Below are positions 47,953 to 56,886 of a stretch of 64,000 bases of DNA, piece by piece. Position numbers and translations under genes: made by a program. Source of the DNA: a virus. Positions within the stretch are counted from its first letter, which is position 1. Each line of letters opens with the position of its first letter. The DNA is taken from IMG/VR virus record IMGVR_UViG_3300028608_000007, positions 32,001 through 96,000 of that record, one strand, 5' to 3'. The notes under the pieces are model-generated. The model saw only the letters and a list, made by a program, of their open reading frames with translations, had not been told where the DNA came from and did not search any database.

Positions 47953-48533
47953 TTGCTAGCCTTGGCTTTACGTGGAGTTGGAACCTTACGCGGGAACTTC
48001 TTCAGATCGGACAACACGTAGTAGTCACAACCCATCCCACACGTTGCCGTTTGTTTGTTCAACCGGTTGATCATATCAACAGCGCCCAGACCCGCCTTGT
48101 GGTAGGTATTGGCGAAATTGATCTCAGAACCCGTACAGTGGAATCGAGTGATGTCCTCAGCCCGCACTGTCAGTTCCTTCTTGTCTTCATCGTAACAGAT
48201 GAACCACAAGTTCTCAGCGGTACAGACATACAGACGCCTTGCGTTCCCAACGGCATAACCGGTCAGGACCATGGCTTCCTCATCGGTGAACTCCAATGGG
48301 TTGCCTTCGTCATAGCTCAAATAAAAAGCAGTGAGTCGCGCCGTGAGCAACGTGCGAATCAACGCCACGTCAACGGGAAGTGGATCAGAACCCACAATAC
48401 CGATAACGAAACGTTTCTCGTCTTCGATGTGCAGTTTGAGTCCCGGTTCGCGATACTCAACACGAGTACCACAATTCACCAACATCTGTTTATCGGCAGC
48501 GATTACGCCGTCCTTGATTACAACCATCGACAT
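47949..48533 (-). CDS. HslV/proteasome-beta-like Ntn-hydrolase fold protein (divergent)
   Basis: MSMVVIKDGVIAADKQ ... IGIVGS ... CTGSEINFA ... AGLGAVD ... TCGMG matches the MTTIA.DG..AADS..GSG..A...GA.A.EA pattern. Confidence 0.6.
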   Translation of the reverse strand: MSMVVIKDGVIAADKQMLVNCGTRVEYREPGLKLHIEDEKRFVIGIVGSDPLPVDVALIRTLLTARLTAFYLSYDEGNPLEFTDEEAMVLTGYAVGNARRLYVCTAENLWFICYDEDKKELTVRAEDITRFHCTGSEINFANTYHKAGLGAVDMINRLNKQTATCGMGCDYYVLSDLKKFPRKVPTPRKAKASK

Positions 48534-48601
48534 CTACTTGACTCCCTTGAGTAACGGCATAGAGAGTGAGGCTGCGTGGGCCTCACTCCTTGAGCCTAAG
48601 C

Positions 48602-48871
48602 TTAGGCCTGGACGCGTTGTTCCAGGCAGCCAGTGCGACCGGCCTTCTTGGCTGGCGCGTAGCTTGGGTGTTCCGAACCTTTCAGGCTGCCATCAGCGAG
48701 GAAGTTCAGCTTAGTGCCGACCACGGTATCTTTCGGCAGTTGACCGTCTTTGATCTCGAGTTCGATCAGATCGTTCTTGTCGTTCATGACGGTGAGCTTG
48801 GCACCAGCCACTTTGACGAAGGTCAGGGTGGTGTCTTTTTCCAGCGCTTGAGTCAGTTGCATGAACAGCAT
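48602..48871 (-). CDS. Small early protein
   Basis: AAGGA SD; high-expression codons; downstream of promoter-like site. Confidence 0.6.
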   Translation of the reverse strand: MLFMQLTQALEKDTTLTFVKVAGAKLTVMNDKNDLIELEIKDGQLPKDTVVGTKLNFLADGSLKGSEHPSYAPAKKAGRTGCLEQRVQA

Positions 48872-48910
48872 TCCTTTTCTAAAAGGTTTTAGGTTGGTGG
48901 TGTTGCATCT

Positions 48911-48940
48911 GGATAGTATATATCCGAGATCTTTTTAATT
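48911..48940 (-). promoter_or_regulatory. Early promoter (degenerate)
   Basis: AATTAAA-N13-TATACTATCC. Confidence 0.45.
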
Positions 48941-49789
48941 CGTACTGATCGGATCTTCCTTTGCCAAGTCTGGTCGGTAGTTCCGTTGGATCAGCTTGAA
49001 CTTGAGAATACGGCGGATACCTTTGACTTCACCATCGGGGTAAACCATCATTCCCGAACGATCAGGGTCGGTGTAACGGATGAAGACCACCGGATGACTG
49101 CTGCCTTCTTGAATCAGGTCACCGTTTTCAAAGTGATCCGATTTCAGGTATTCGTTGTACTCCCGGAGCAACTTCTCTTCCTGCTCTTCGCGGAAAGACT
49201 TGTAGTACGGGTCAGGTTCCCAACTGGCGGACATGTTCGGAATGATGCTGGCGGTCCCGTAAATGGCGTAATAAGTGAACGCGTAATAATGCGGGACATC
49301 ACGGGCCTGTTGATGCAAACCGATGATCTTGAACGGCAGCTCTGGCCAACCTTTGTCTTCGGAGTGGCGCAACTTGTGGAACACCCCGGTGGTGGTCAGG
49401 TAGATAGGGTTGTTTGAATGGGTGCAGTGACCCAAGAACAAACGTTTACCCCGAAACTCTTCCCGGTTCTTGTCCATCTGGTGGTAGTTAGCCGCCAGTC
49501 TACGGTTAAAGTCGTAGTTATGCAGGAGCAGCTCATGATTCCCTGCATCCAAGAACTCTACTCGTGCCTTGGAAGGAATCTCGATAGAAAAGTTCCCCTC
49601 ACGACCCGGCATGAAGTAATGCATCCGGTTTTCTTTGAAGTCGAACTGGGTAACGTAGTAGATCTGGTCGCCACCCTGTTCGGTGATGTCTTGGTGAACC
49701 CGAATGCGAACAAAGCTTCCGCATTCTTTCAACTCACGCACAGCACGCCGCAAGTCGTTCTTAAATAGCTGATCCCACAATGAGCGCAT
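48935..49789 (-). CDS. Hypothetical protein
   Basis: Start MRSLWDQL with AAGGAAGGA SD. Confidence 0.7.
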   Translation of the reverse strand: MRSLWDQLFKNDLRRAVRELKECGSFVRIRVHQDITEQGGDQIYYVTQFDFKENRMHYFMPGREGNFSIEIPSKARVEFLDAGNHELLLHNYDFNRRLAANYHQMDKNREEFRGKRLFLGHCTHSNNPIYLTTTGVFHKLRHSEDKGWPELPFKIIGLHQQARDVPHYYAFTYYAIYGTASIIPNMSASWEPDPYYKSFREEQEEKLLREYNEYLKSDHFENGDLIQEGSSHPVVFIRYTDPDRSGMMVYPDGEVKGIRRILKFKLIQRNYRPDLAKEDPISTN

Positions 49790-49832
49790 AGTTCCTTCCT
49801 TAAGGTGTGGCGGGGACGAACCCCGCCGAAGT

Positions 49833-50423
49833 TTAGAAGAGGTTGTAGCGAACACCGTCGATATCCTTGTAGCACGCGTCTACGAGAGAATCGATGATAT
49901 TCCGAGCCTTCGTCAGCGACTCTCGCTGTTCGGCTTCTATAAGCACCGGAATGTAAGTGTACCGCAACTTGTTTCCAAAACGCCCCGTGACGTAATGTTC
50001 ACAAATCCACTTCGGTGAGTACTTCTGCATGTCGAGATGCTGTCCGATCCCACTCCACCACGTAGGGTCATCAAACACCTTGGGGTCTACAGGTACAACC
50101 ACGTCGATCTTGGGGATACCGCGATCCATTTCGATCGGTGCACGGGTCACTCGCTTACAACTCATCGGGAGCATTTTCTCTCCTCTATAAGTGTAGTGAG
50201 GTCTGTAAAAGTAGACTCCATTTTGATACTGAGTCAGGGGCAGGTCAATGCCTTCGAAGATTGGTGTGTCTTCGCAATCGAATTCGAACTTGTAGATTGC
50301 CTCATTGACCTTGGGTTTGACGTGGTTGTGATAGCGGTACAACGTAAGCTGGGCGTAGTTGCCAAACTCATAGTCGTCGTCAATTACCGCCATCATGTTG
50401 AGTGCGCCAAAAAGGGTGAGCAT
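49833..50423 (-). CDS. Hypothetical protein (paralog of next)
   Basis: WW...KYSPKWIC..Y...Y.PV block. Confidence 0.65.
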   Translation of the reverse strand: MLTLFGALNMMAVIDDDYEFGNYAQLTLYRYHNHVKPKVNEAIYKFEFDCEDTPIFEGIDLPLTQYQNGVYFYRPHYTYRGEKMLPMSCKRVTRAPIEMDRGIPKIDVVVPVDPKVFDDPTWWSGIGQHLDMQKYSPKWICEHYVTGRFGNKLRYTYIPVLIEAEQRESLTKARNIIDSLVDACYKDIDGVRYNLF

Positions 50424-50431
50424 AAGTCACC

Positions 50432-51058
50432 TCACAGATCCAGCAGGTCAATTTCCTGGTTGGTGCCGTGGTCGAGGAAAACGCCTTCCAGTTGGTCACC
50501 CACACGGGAAAGGCCTTCGATCAGATCCTTGACTACTTGGGTCAGCACACGTTCGTCAATCGAGACGGGAACGTAGTCGATACGAACCTTGTCTTCACCG
50601 ATGATACTGTGCAGGTAACCCCTACACATGAACTTCGGCTTATAACGCGCTACCAGATTGGCAAGATCGTTCGAGTTCCACCAGTACTCGTTCTTGAGTA
50701 TGTCCTTGTCGTCGACCACAGCCACCATAGTCAAGCGTGGGATAGTGGGGTCATCGATGTTCGACTTGGCGACCGTGCGGATTTCCTTGACCAACATGGG
50801 GTCGCCACGGAAGGTGTAGAAACCACCGTGATCGTGACGGTAGAACCCAGGCTCGAGATCGTCGAGGCGCTTGTCCTTGGGGATCTCGAGCATCTGCTCT
50901 TTGGTCAGGTCGAACTGGAGTTCCACGACCTTTTCATCGAGCTGCTGGTAAGTACGGCAAGCCTTGGCGGTATCGCGCAGGCGCAGGTGCAACTCAGGCT
51001 TGGTGTAGATGTGCTTGAGGTCGTTGAACTGATTGACGCACAGATACGCTTTGATCAT
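50432..51058 (-). CDS. Hypothetical protein (paralog of previous)
   Basis: WW...RYKPKFMC..Y...YVPV block; start ATG 51058 after GGAGG SD. Confidence 0.65.
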   Translation of the reverse strand: MIKAYLCVNQFNDLKHIYTKPELHLRLRDTAKACRTYQQLDEKVVELQFDLTKEQMLEIPKDKRLDDLEPGFYRHDHGGFYTFRGDPMLVKEIRTVAKSNIDDPTIPRLTMVAVVDDKDILKNEYWWNSNDLANLVARYKPKFMCRGYLHSIIGEDKVRIDYVPVSIDERVLTQVVKDLIEGLSRVGDQLEGVFLDHGTNQEIDLLDL

Positions 51059-51624
51059 GACGCAGCCTCCTGTTCTTTGATGACCCAACCACGCTCCGTA
51101 CGGGTATGGTTTTGGTCGAGGTAGTTGGTCCACTCGCCGCGTTGGCAGAAGCGGAGTTGATACACCTTGTCGTCCAACAAGATGGCTGAGTTGGTGAAAG
51201 CAAAGATCGACTTCTGAGGGATCTTGTACTTGTTCATCAACTTGGTCAGTGCACCGTTCTTGAACTCTTCCCGGCTACGACGGAAAGCATCACGCACGGT
51301 TTCGCCTTCACGTGGTTCCGGCAGCACGACTGGACGCTCGATCCAGGCCTTGAGTTCCGCCGACTCTTCGTCAGTCAGAACCAACACGTAGGTCTGCGTC
51401 TTCTCGCGGTTGTGGTGCAGGGAGTTCAACAGAGTAGCCAAGCGAGCATCGAGTTCGATACCGATCGGCAGACCTTCTTCAACGTCACGCCACAGATAGT
51501 CGATTGGGTAGCTACGACCCAACGGGAGCAGTTGTTGCCAACGACCCCAGTTTGACTCGCAGTCGGCGATGATGAAGTTGACAGGCATCAAGCCTGGAAT
51601 GGTTTCGGCTTGCATGCTCATCAT
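51055..51624 (-). CDS. Hypothetical protein
   Basis: ATGA coupling; GGAGG SD. Confidence 0.7.
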   Translation of the reverse strand: MMSMQAETIPGLMPVNFIIADCESNWGRWQQLLPLGRSYPIDYLWRDVEEGLPIGIELDARLATLLNSLHHNREKTQTYVLVLTDEESAELKAWIERPVVLPEPREGETVRDAFRRSREEFKNGALTKLMNKYKIPQKSIFAFTNSAILLDDKVYQLRFCQRGEWTNYLDQNHTRTERGWVIKEQEAAS

Positions 51625-52184
51625 TTGGCCTCCAGCATGATCAGGTTGTCACGGGGAACCAGCAGGTACATGTCGTGACCCCAGCTTTCAGGGTTCATGG
51701 CAAAACCAATGTGCTCTTGGCGACGGATGATTTTACCGACCATCGACTTGTCCACCGAGAACGACTTGGTCTGCGGGGAATTGCCTTTCTCGCCGTAGCG
51801 ATAGTCGACGATCTGTTGGGCTTCGAAGACACCCAGGTATTCAAAGCCAGCACGAGACAACACGATCATTACCGCAGCAGTGATTTCTGCGTTGTAGTTA
51901 CGCAGGTCCAACTGGTTCATGATCGCCGAACGCGACTCCGGGTAACCGAAGTAGCAGTTCATCCCTTCCTTCTTGAACACCGTCAGGTTGGTGACCTCAC
52001 CTGGCATGTTCATCGCTTGCAGGAAGCTGCGATCGAAACCACGGAAGAACACGTCATCCGCAGCCCAATCGAGAATCACGTTGTTGACGAACTGGTTGGG
52101 GTCGAAAGGTTCCATTCCTTTATAGTCACGGTGGTCGCCACCGAGCCGGGCGAGTTCTACTACTTTTTGGCTGAGCTTCTGCAT
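51621..52184 (-). CDS. Hypothetical early protein
   Basis: GGAGAAG SD; first gene after early promoter. Confidence 0.7.
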   Translation of the reverse strand: MQKLSQKVVELARLGGDHRDYKGMEPFDPNQFVNNVILDWAADDVFFRGFDRSFLQAMNMPGEVTNLTVFKKEGMNCYFGYPESRSAIMNQLDLRNYNAEITAAVMIVLSRAGFEYLGVFEAQQIVDYRYGEKGNSPQTKSFSVDKSMVGKIIRRQEHIGFAMNPESWGHDMYLLVPRDNLIMLEAK

Positions 52185-52233
52185 TACTTCTTCTCCATCT
52201 TTGGATGTGGTTAGTTAAACCCCAGTAGAGTTG

Positions 52234-52268
52234 CACCTAGATGATATATTTCTATTTTGAATTTCAAT
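52234..52268 (-). promoter_or_regulatory. Early promoter
   Basis: ATTGAAA-N13-TATATCATCTAGGTG. Confidence 0.75.
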
Positions 52269-52275
52269 CAAGGGC

Positions 52276-52314
52276 AAAAAAAAGAAGGGTGGCGAGCCCT
52301 TCTTTCTTATGCCG
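52276..52314. terminator. Terminator + TTATGCCG
   Basis: aaagaaggg-tggcgag-cccttcttt-cttatgccg with A-run. Confidence 0.8.
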
Positions 52315-52857
52315 TCAATCTGAGACAATGTCGGAGATCACGTCCCCGATGTCATCTAAGACTGACGAACTACTGGATGAACTATCGGAACCCTTCTTGC
52401 GACGGAACCAGTTCTTGAAACGTTGCCAACGACTGAGCGGCTTTGGCGGTGGTGCATTCTTTCTCACGAGTTCTTCCCAAAGGATCAACATTTGCTCCCC
52501 TTTCAGGAAGCGGCAATCAATGTCACTTACCGTCAACATTGGGATGTGCGCCATACCGGAGAACGCAATCGTTACGGTTGCCCCATAGCGATCCTCGTCC
52601 TCTACCATCACCAACATCTTCCAACCCGTGATGTCGATGAAGGACATGGCTTGAAACTCAATGGGTTCTTCAAAATCCCATTTCCAGTCCCCTGCTTTCA
52701 AAACAGGATAGTGGTCAGGGAATTCCTTATAGAAACCCATCAGGGTCCACACCACGCGCATGACGTCTGTGTGCTTGAGGTAGTACACCCCGACTCGATC
52801 GTATTGGTGAGTCAGCTCCCTCACTGTTTTTGTGTGGCGGATCTTGATCTTTGTCAA
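52315..52857 (-). CDS. Hypothetical protein with Ser-rich C-terminus
   Basis: TTG start; ends KKGSDSSSSSSSVLDDIGDVISDIVSD. Confidence 0.6.
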   Translation of the reverse strand: MTKIKIRHTKTVRELTHQYDRVGVYYLKHTDVMRVVWTLMGFYKEFPDHYPVLKAGDWKWDFEEPIEFQAMSFIDITGWKMLVMVEDEDRYGATVTIAFSGMAHIPMLTVSDIDCRFLKGEQMLILWEELVRKNAPPPKPLSRWQRFKNWFRRKKGSDSSSSSSSVLDDIGDVISDIVSD

Positions 52858-53060
52858 TGTGTGATCCCCGGTCTGTGGGAGAAGTTACATAGCCAAACCA
52901 GCCAGAGGCACAACTCCGCAATTCCAAGACTTACCCAAAACCCCGAATAAAACTCAAAACGTCGCATGACGTGTTGTACGAAACCTTCTTCGGCAGGACG
53001 ACGAATCGACCAAGCCAGAGAAAGGATAACGTTGAAGAGGCCTAGGTAAATGATTTCCAT
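52854..53060 (-). CDS. Small two-TM membrane protein
   Basis: Two hydrophobic segments; AAGGAG SD. Confidence 0.6.
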   Translation of the reverse strand: MEIIYLGLFNVILSLAWSIRRPAEEGFVQHVMRRFEFYSGFWVSLGIAELCLWLVWLCNFSHRPGITH

Positions 53061-53091
53061 AGTTAGGTCTTTGGCTCCTTAGCCAGTTAGA

Positions 53092-53226
53092 TTACGCGAA
53101 AGCCTGATGCAACGCATAGCTCACGCATGTAAGGATAAACAAAAGGTTGGCTGCAACAAAGGCTGCGTTACGCTGACGATCCCGACGACGGGCGTGAATG
53201 CGGGTGACCAGAGGGTTGGCTAGCAT
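53092..53226 (-). CDS. Small membrane protein (44 aa)
   Basis: MLANPLVTRIHARRRDRQRNAAFVAANLLFILTCVSYALHQAFA; ATG one base after upstream TAA. Confidence 0.5.
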   Translation of the reverse strand: MLANPLVTRIHARRRDRQRNAAFVAANLLFILTCVSYALHQAFA

Positions 53227-53227
53227 C

Positions 53228-53497
53228 TTAGCGACCACTCGGACGTTGGGCGCACTCAAAGGTGCGGATGGTAGTGATGACGACATCGTAGCCGCCACCG
53301 CTCCCAGGGATAGTCTTTCTGGAAGTCTGCGACCAAACGCCTTCCTTACTAGTGGCACCGTAGCCAAAGAGACTTTTAGCCGTGAATTCACAAGGAATAC
53401 CAATACTGCTCTTAACTGGGAAATTCGTGGTTGATACAGCAACCCCAACTGGACTTAATACAGTAGTAGTGAGGATACCAACAAGTAGTGTGGACAT
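53228..53497 (-). CDS. Hypothetical protein (possible signal peptide)
   Basis: AAGGAAAG SD; hydrophobic N terminus. Confidence 0.5.
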   Translation of the reverse strand: MSTLLVGILTTTVLSPVGVAVSTTNFPVKSSIGIPCEFTAKSLFGYGATSKEGVWSQTSRKTIPGSGGGYDVVITTIRTFECAQRPSGR

Positions 53498-53551
53498 GCT
53501 TCTTTCCTTTCTGAAGGATATAAGAGGCCGTCCCGAAGGACGGCCCAGGGT

Positions 53552-54601
53552 TTATTCGTCAGTGCCTTCGGCTTCGTAACCAATGGCGTTTTCACGCTTA
53601 CCGTTTTTGGAGATGTCGCAGTCGACGCGTTCACTGTAGTAGCCGTTGGAAGAACCCATCCAGCGAACCACGACCATACCCTTCAAACCGCCGAAGCGAT
53701 AGAAAGTCCAGGTTTCGGATTCATGTTCCAATTCGCCATCTCCGTACGTCGGTGAATGGCTGGCTGCCTCTGCAATGATCAGAGGGCGACCGATCAAGTC
53801 CATGAAGTCACCTTCAATGTCTTCGATGTAGACGCTCTCGCAGCAGTTTTGTTCGTGCTGGAACATTGCGGTGGTACCGTCAGACATTACGAACATCAGA
53901 CGGTCGAATGTCACGTCGTCGAGGTTACGTTCGATCGGTACCCCGTCGATCGTTGCGACATTCCGGTCAGGGTAGCAAACCGGCTTCTCGTCGGAATCGG
54001 TTGGATACAGAACCACCTGAGATACAACCGCACCTTTGAGCAACGCTTCGATCTTGGTGTATTCGACCTCGTTACCCTTGGTGCGACGGATGGACTCGTA
54101 GTCGACAGGAGATTTCTCTTCTACGTCTTCGATCAATTCACCTTCCAGCGCAGCCTCGACAACCGCAGGAACTGGTGGCTCTTCGTTCACGATCGGCTTT
54201 GGTTCGCCACCGTTCTCTGCGATGGTTCTGACCGCATGTCGGAATACCGCCAACTTGCGCCGTACTTCGTCTGGAATCGCCAACAGGTCAGACGGGGTAA
54301 TCACACCGTACTTGGCCAGGATGCGTTCGAGAGCTGCTTCCATCTCGATATCCCAACGGCTAGCCATGACGAGCACAACAACCTCGAACGGCGTCTTGAG
54401 TCCGAAGGCTTCTGCCACGGTAGGTTCGCAACGACACTCGATGCGGTAGGCGTCGTTCTCCTGGATGACCGCCATTCCTTCGTGACGCATCTCTTTGATA
54501 CCCTTGCGAGCAAGGACGCCCAACAGTTCGGCGGTGATCTCTTGTCCGATCTGTACCAACAACTCGTTATCTTGCATGCGTTTGATCAACTGCTGGTCCA
54601 T
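53552..54601 (-). CDS. Hypothetical protein with widespread phage C-terminal domain (DUF7448-like)
   Basis: HEQNCCESVYIEDIEGD..DLIG.P...AE ... TWTFY ... RWMGSSNGYYSE. Confidence 0.7.
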   Translation of the reverse strand: MDQQLIKRMQDNELLVQIGQEITAELLGVLARKGIKEMRHEGMAVIQENDAYRIECRCEPTVAEAFGLKTPFEVVVLVMASRWDIEMEAALERILAKYGVITPSDLLAIPDEVRRKLAVFRHAVRTIAENGGEPKPIVNEEPPVPAVVEAALEGELIEDVEEKSPVDYESIRRTKGNEVEYTKIEALLKGAVVSQVVLYPTDSDEKPVCYPDRNVATIDGVPIERNLDDVTFDRLMFVMSDGTTAMFQHEQNCCESVYIEDIEGDFMDLIGRPLIIAEAASHSPTYGDGELEHESETWTFYRFGGLKGMVVVRWMGSSNGYYSERVDCDISKNGKRENAIGYEAEGTDE

Positions 54602-54619
54602 CTGAGGACTCCTAATAAA

Positions 54620-54646
54620 GGCATAGCCGGGCTCCCGAAGGAGCCC
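54620..54646 (-). terminator. Hairpin + CTATGCC tail
   Basis: gggctcc-cgaa-ggagccc. Confidence 0.7.
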
Positions 54647-54653
54647 AAGCTAC

Positions 54654-55973
54654 TTAAACGATGATGTGCGGGATGAAGCGTTCGTTCTTCCACGACAAAG
54701 TGGGCGATTCGAATTCACGAATGCACAGCGTTGCGGCAGTCGAGTCGAACATGTCATCACGGTCTTCCACTGCATCCGGCACCATGAACATACCGATGAT
54801 GAAGTTGTTGCGACCTTCAACCTGACCCGGTGGGCAGTACGCTTGGTAAACGCAGTCGTCGGTGTACGGACCTTCGGACTCGTGGACCAGTTCGTTCTCG
54901 TCACCGAACACCTTGACATTGGACGACATGCGACCAACCTTAGGCTTCTGTACGTACGACATACCCGAAGCAATGAAGTGGTCAGGCGTGGTGTAGGTAG
55001 CCAGAGTAGCTACGTCATCCCACTGGCAACCGTAACCCGCTGGGTCCGATTCACGCAGGTAGGTGATGTAGGCCCAGATACCTTTGTTCGAAGCGAACCA
55101 ACGCCAAGCAGGCTCGAGGAAGGTGACGTTGTTGGCCCAGTACTGCCAGTCTTGATAACCTTGCGGGAAGTTCTCAACCATCTCTTCCCACGGCGACAGG
55201 GCGAACACCACGTCCAGACGCTTGTCACCGATGCACCACGGTTTCTCACGACAAGCGTGATCGTAGTCGATGTCGGAGAAGTCAGCGAACAGGGTGGTGT
55301 TGTTCTGACCCAGAATCTGAGCCAGCGTTTCCGACGTCACCATGTCTTCGAAGCTGTCTTTCTCGAACAGGACGCCGATGTAGCCTGGTACCTGCCCCAT
55401 TTCTTCGAGTTCGTGGATCAGCGTATGCCAGAACATATTGAGCTGGTCTTCCTCGTCACCGGTGAACTGTTTGCACAGCTCGGTTTGGAGGTTGACCGAT
55501 TCGAACAACATGGTCGGGGTATCGCCATTGAACTCGTAGATACCTTTGACGGTTTCCGTCACTGGGTCGAATGCCGCATCGAAACGACCGTACAGCGACT
55601 GGCGAGCCGAAGTGTGGCTACGGAAGGTGTGCTTCGCGTAGTCGATGAAGAACGGGTGTTTGCGCAGGAAGTCGCAACCCATGAACTCCATGATGGTGCT
55701 ATGGGATTCATTGAACAGGCGACCTACTGCATCTACCAGTTGGGCGTAAGCACGCTCGAAATGCGTTTCCAGACCAGCGCACGATTCGTGCTTGATGGTG
55801 TAGAATGGCATCGCTTGCTGGTTGTCGAGGAAGTAACGGAAATAATCAGTTACGTCTTCTTTGAACGTCGCGTCGGCGATAGCGCCTTCACGATAGAAAC
55901 CTTGAGACCAAGGCAACTCTTCAACCATGATTTTGTTCAGGTTGAAGTCGATCTTCCTTTTCAGACATTGCAT
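54654..55973 (-). CDS. Glutathionylspermidine-synthase-like ATP-grasp ligase (YgiC/YjfC family)
   Basis: SLYGRFD, EFNGDTPTMLFES, LEPAW...SNKG, YVQKPKVGR...NV, VYQ. Confidence 0.9.
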   Translation of the reverse strand: MQCLKRKIDFNLNKIMVEELPWSQGFYREGAIADATFKEDVTDYFRYFLDNQQAMPFYTIKHESCAGLETHFERAYAQLVDAVGRLFNESHSTIMEFMGCDFLRKHPFFIDYAKHTFRSHTSARQSLYGRFDAAFDPVTETVKGIYEFNGDTPTMLFESVNLQTELCKQFTGDEEDQLNMFWHTLIHELEEMGQVPGYIGVLFEKDSFEDMVTSETLAQILGQNNTTLFADFSDIDYDHACREKPWCIGDKRLDVVFALSPWEEMVENFPQGYQDWQYWANNVTFLEPAWRWFASNKGIWAYITYLRESDPAGYGCQWDDVATLATYTTPDHFIASGMSYVQKPKVGRMSSNVKVFGDENELVHESEGPYTDDCVYQAYCPPGQVEGRNNFIIGMFMVPDAVEDRDDMFDSTAATLCIREFESPTLSWKNERFIPHIIV

Positions 55974-55975
55974 AC

Positions 55976-56581
55976 TTAGCTACTCGCCGAACCGTGGGAA
56001 GCTGCACGCGCACTGCTACCGGACATTACGCCGGTGGAGCGGGACGACATGACAGTCGAGGACATTTTGGATTGGAAGTTAGGCGACGAACGCACACTGC
56101 TACGTGCCGAGTTCATCATCATGGTGGTGTTCGCAGAACTGACGGAGTTCATGCGACGACGACGCTCGTCTTCAGCGTAGGTACTGCGACCGATCGGCTG
56201 ATAACGTTGCGAGTAGTTGTTCATACCGCCCATGCTGTTCATAGCCGAAGCCAACATGTAGCCAGCAGCCATACCGCCCAACAGAGGCCAGATCGTGTCA
56301 GAGTTTTGACCGTCTGCGGTCTCCTTCACGATGTGGACTTGTTTCTCGCCTTTCTCGTTGTACGAGAAGTAGACGTCTTTGACCGAGGGGTCTTTCGACT
56401 GAAGTTCAGCGAGGGTTCTCTTACGATCTTCCTCATCGGACGCCAGAGTTTGACGGACCTGCTTTTGTGCCTCATCTTCGACGTAAGCACGCTCTTCGTC
56501 AGCAGAGGGTTGCGCTGGTTCACAGCCAGTCAGTGCAGCAGAAGCGGCGATGGCCAACAACGCGAGTTTGGTTTTATCCAT
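55976..56581 (-). CDS. YgiB/DUF1190-like lipoprotein
   Basis: Lipobox LTGC; WPLLGGMAAGYML segment; Ser/Arg-rich tail; directly upstream of the GspS-like gene. Confidence 0.75.
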   Translation of the reverse strand: MDKTKLALLAIAASAALTGCEPAQPSADEERAYVEDEAQKQVRQTLASDEEDRKRTLAELQSKDPSVKDVYFSYNEKGEKQVHIVKETADGQNSDTIWPLLGGMAAGYMLASAMNSMGGMNNYSQRYQPIGRSTYAEDERRRRMNSVSSANTTMMMNSARSSVRSSPNFQSKMSSTVMSSRSTGVMSGSSARAASHGSASS

Positions 56582-56640
56582 GGAACAAAAGCCTTGATAT
56601 AAATAGAAAGGGAAAGGGAGCCCGAAGACTCCCCGCAGAA

Positions 56641-56886
56641 TCAAGTAGCCATCGGAGAGAACGAGTCAATGACGATTACTGCTTGTCCTGGCTCTTTCAG
56701 CTTCTGGCGAAACGCAGCAATGAATGCCTGCGCGTCAAACGGAGGGATATCTTTGAAATGCTGTTCCATACGGTGTATCACCTCAGCAGTGTGCTGCGGC
56801 GTAGTGTCGTAGAAACCGGCAGTGATATCCACCTGCACTTGATTCTTGTCCCGTGTATTTTGAAACAGATCGAAGACGTTCGACAT
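56641..56886 (-). CDS. Hypothetical protein (81 aa)
   Basis: ATG overlaps thyA stop (TGATG); GGCGG SD. Confidence 0.55.
   Translation of the reverse strand: MSNVFDLFQNTRDKNQVQVDITAGFYDTTPQHTAEVIHRMEQHFKDIPPFDAQAFIAAFRQKLKEPGQAVIVIDSFSPMAT

Noticed and set aside
53092-53448. 118-aa ORF from the track
   Set aside because: Overlaps the SD-supported 53228..53497 ORF; only the last 44 codons (ATG 53226) fit the operon.
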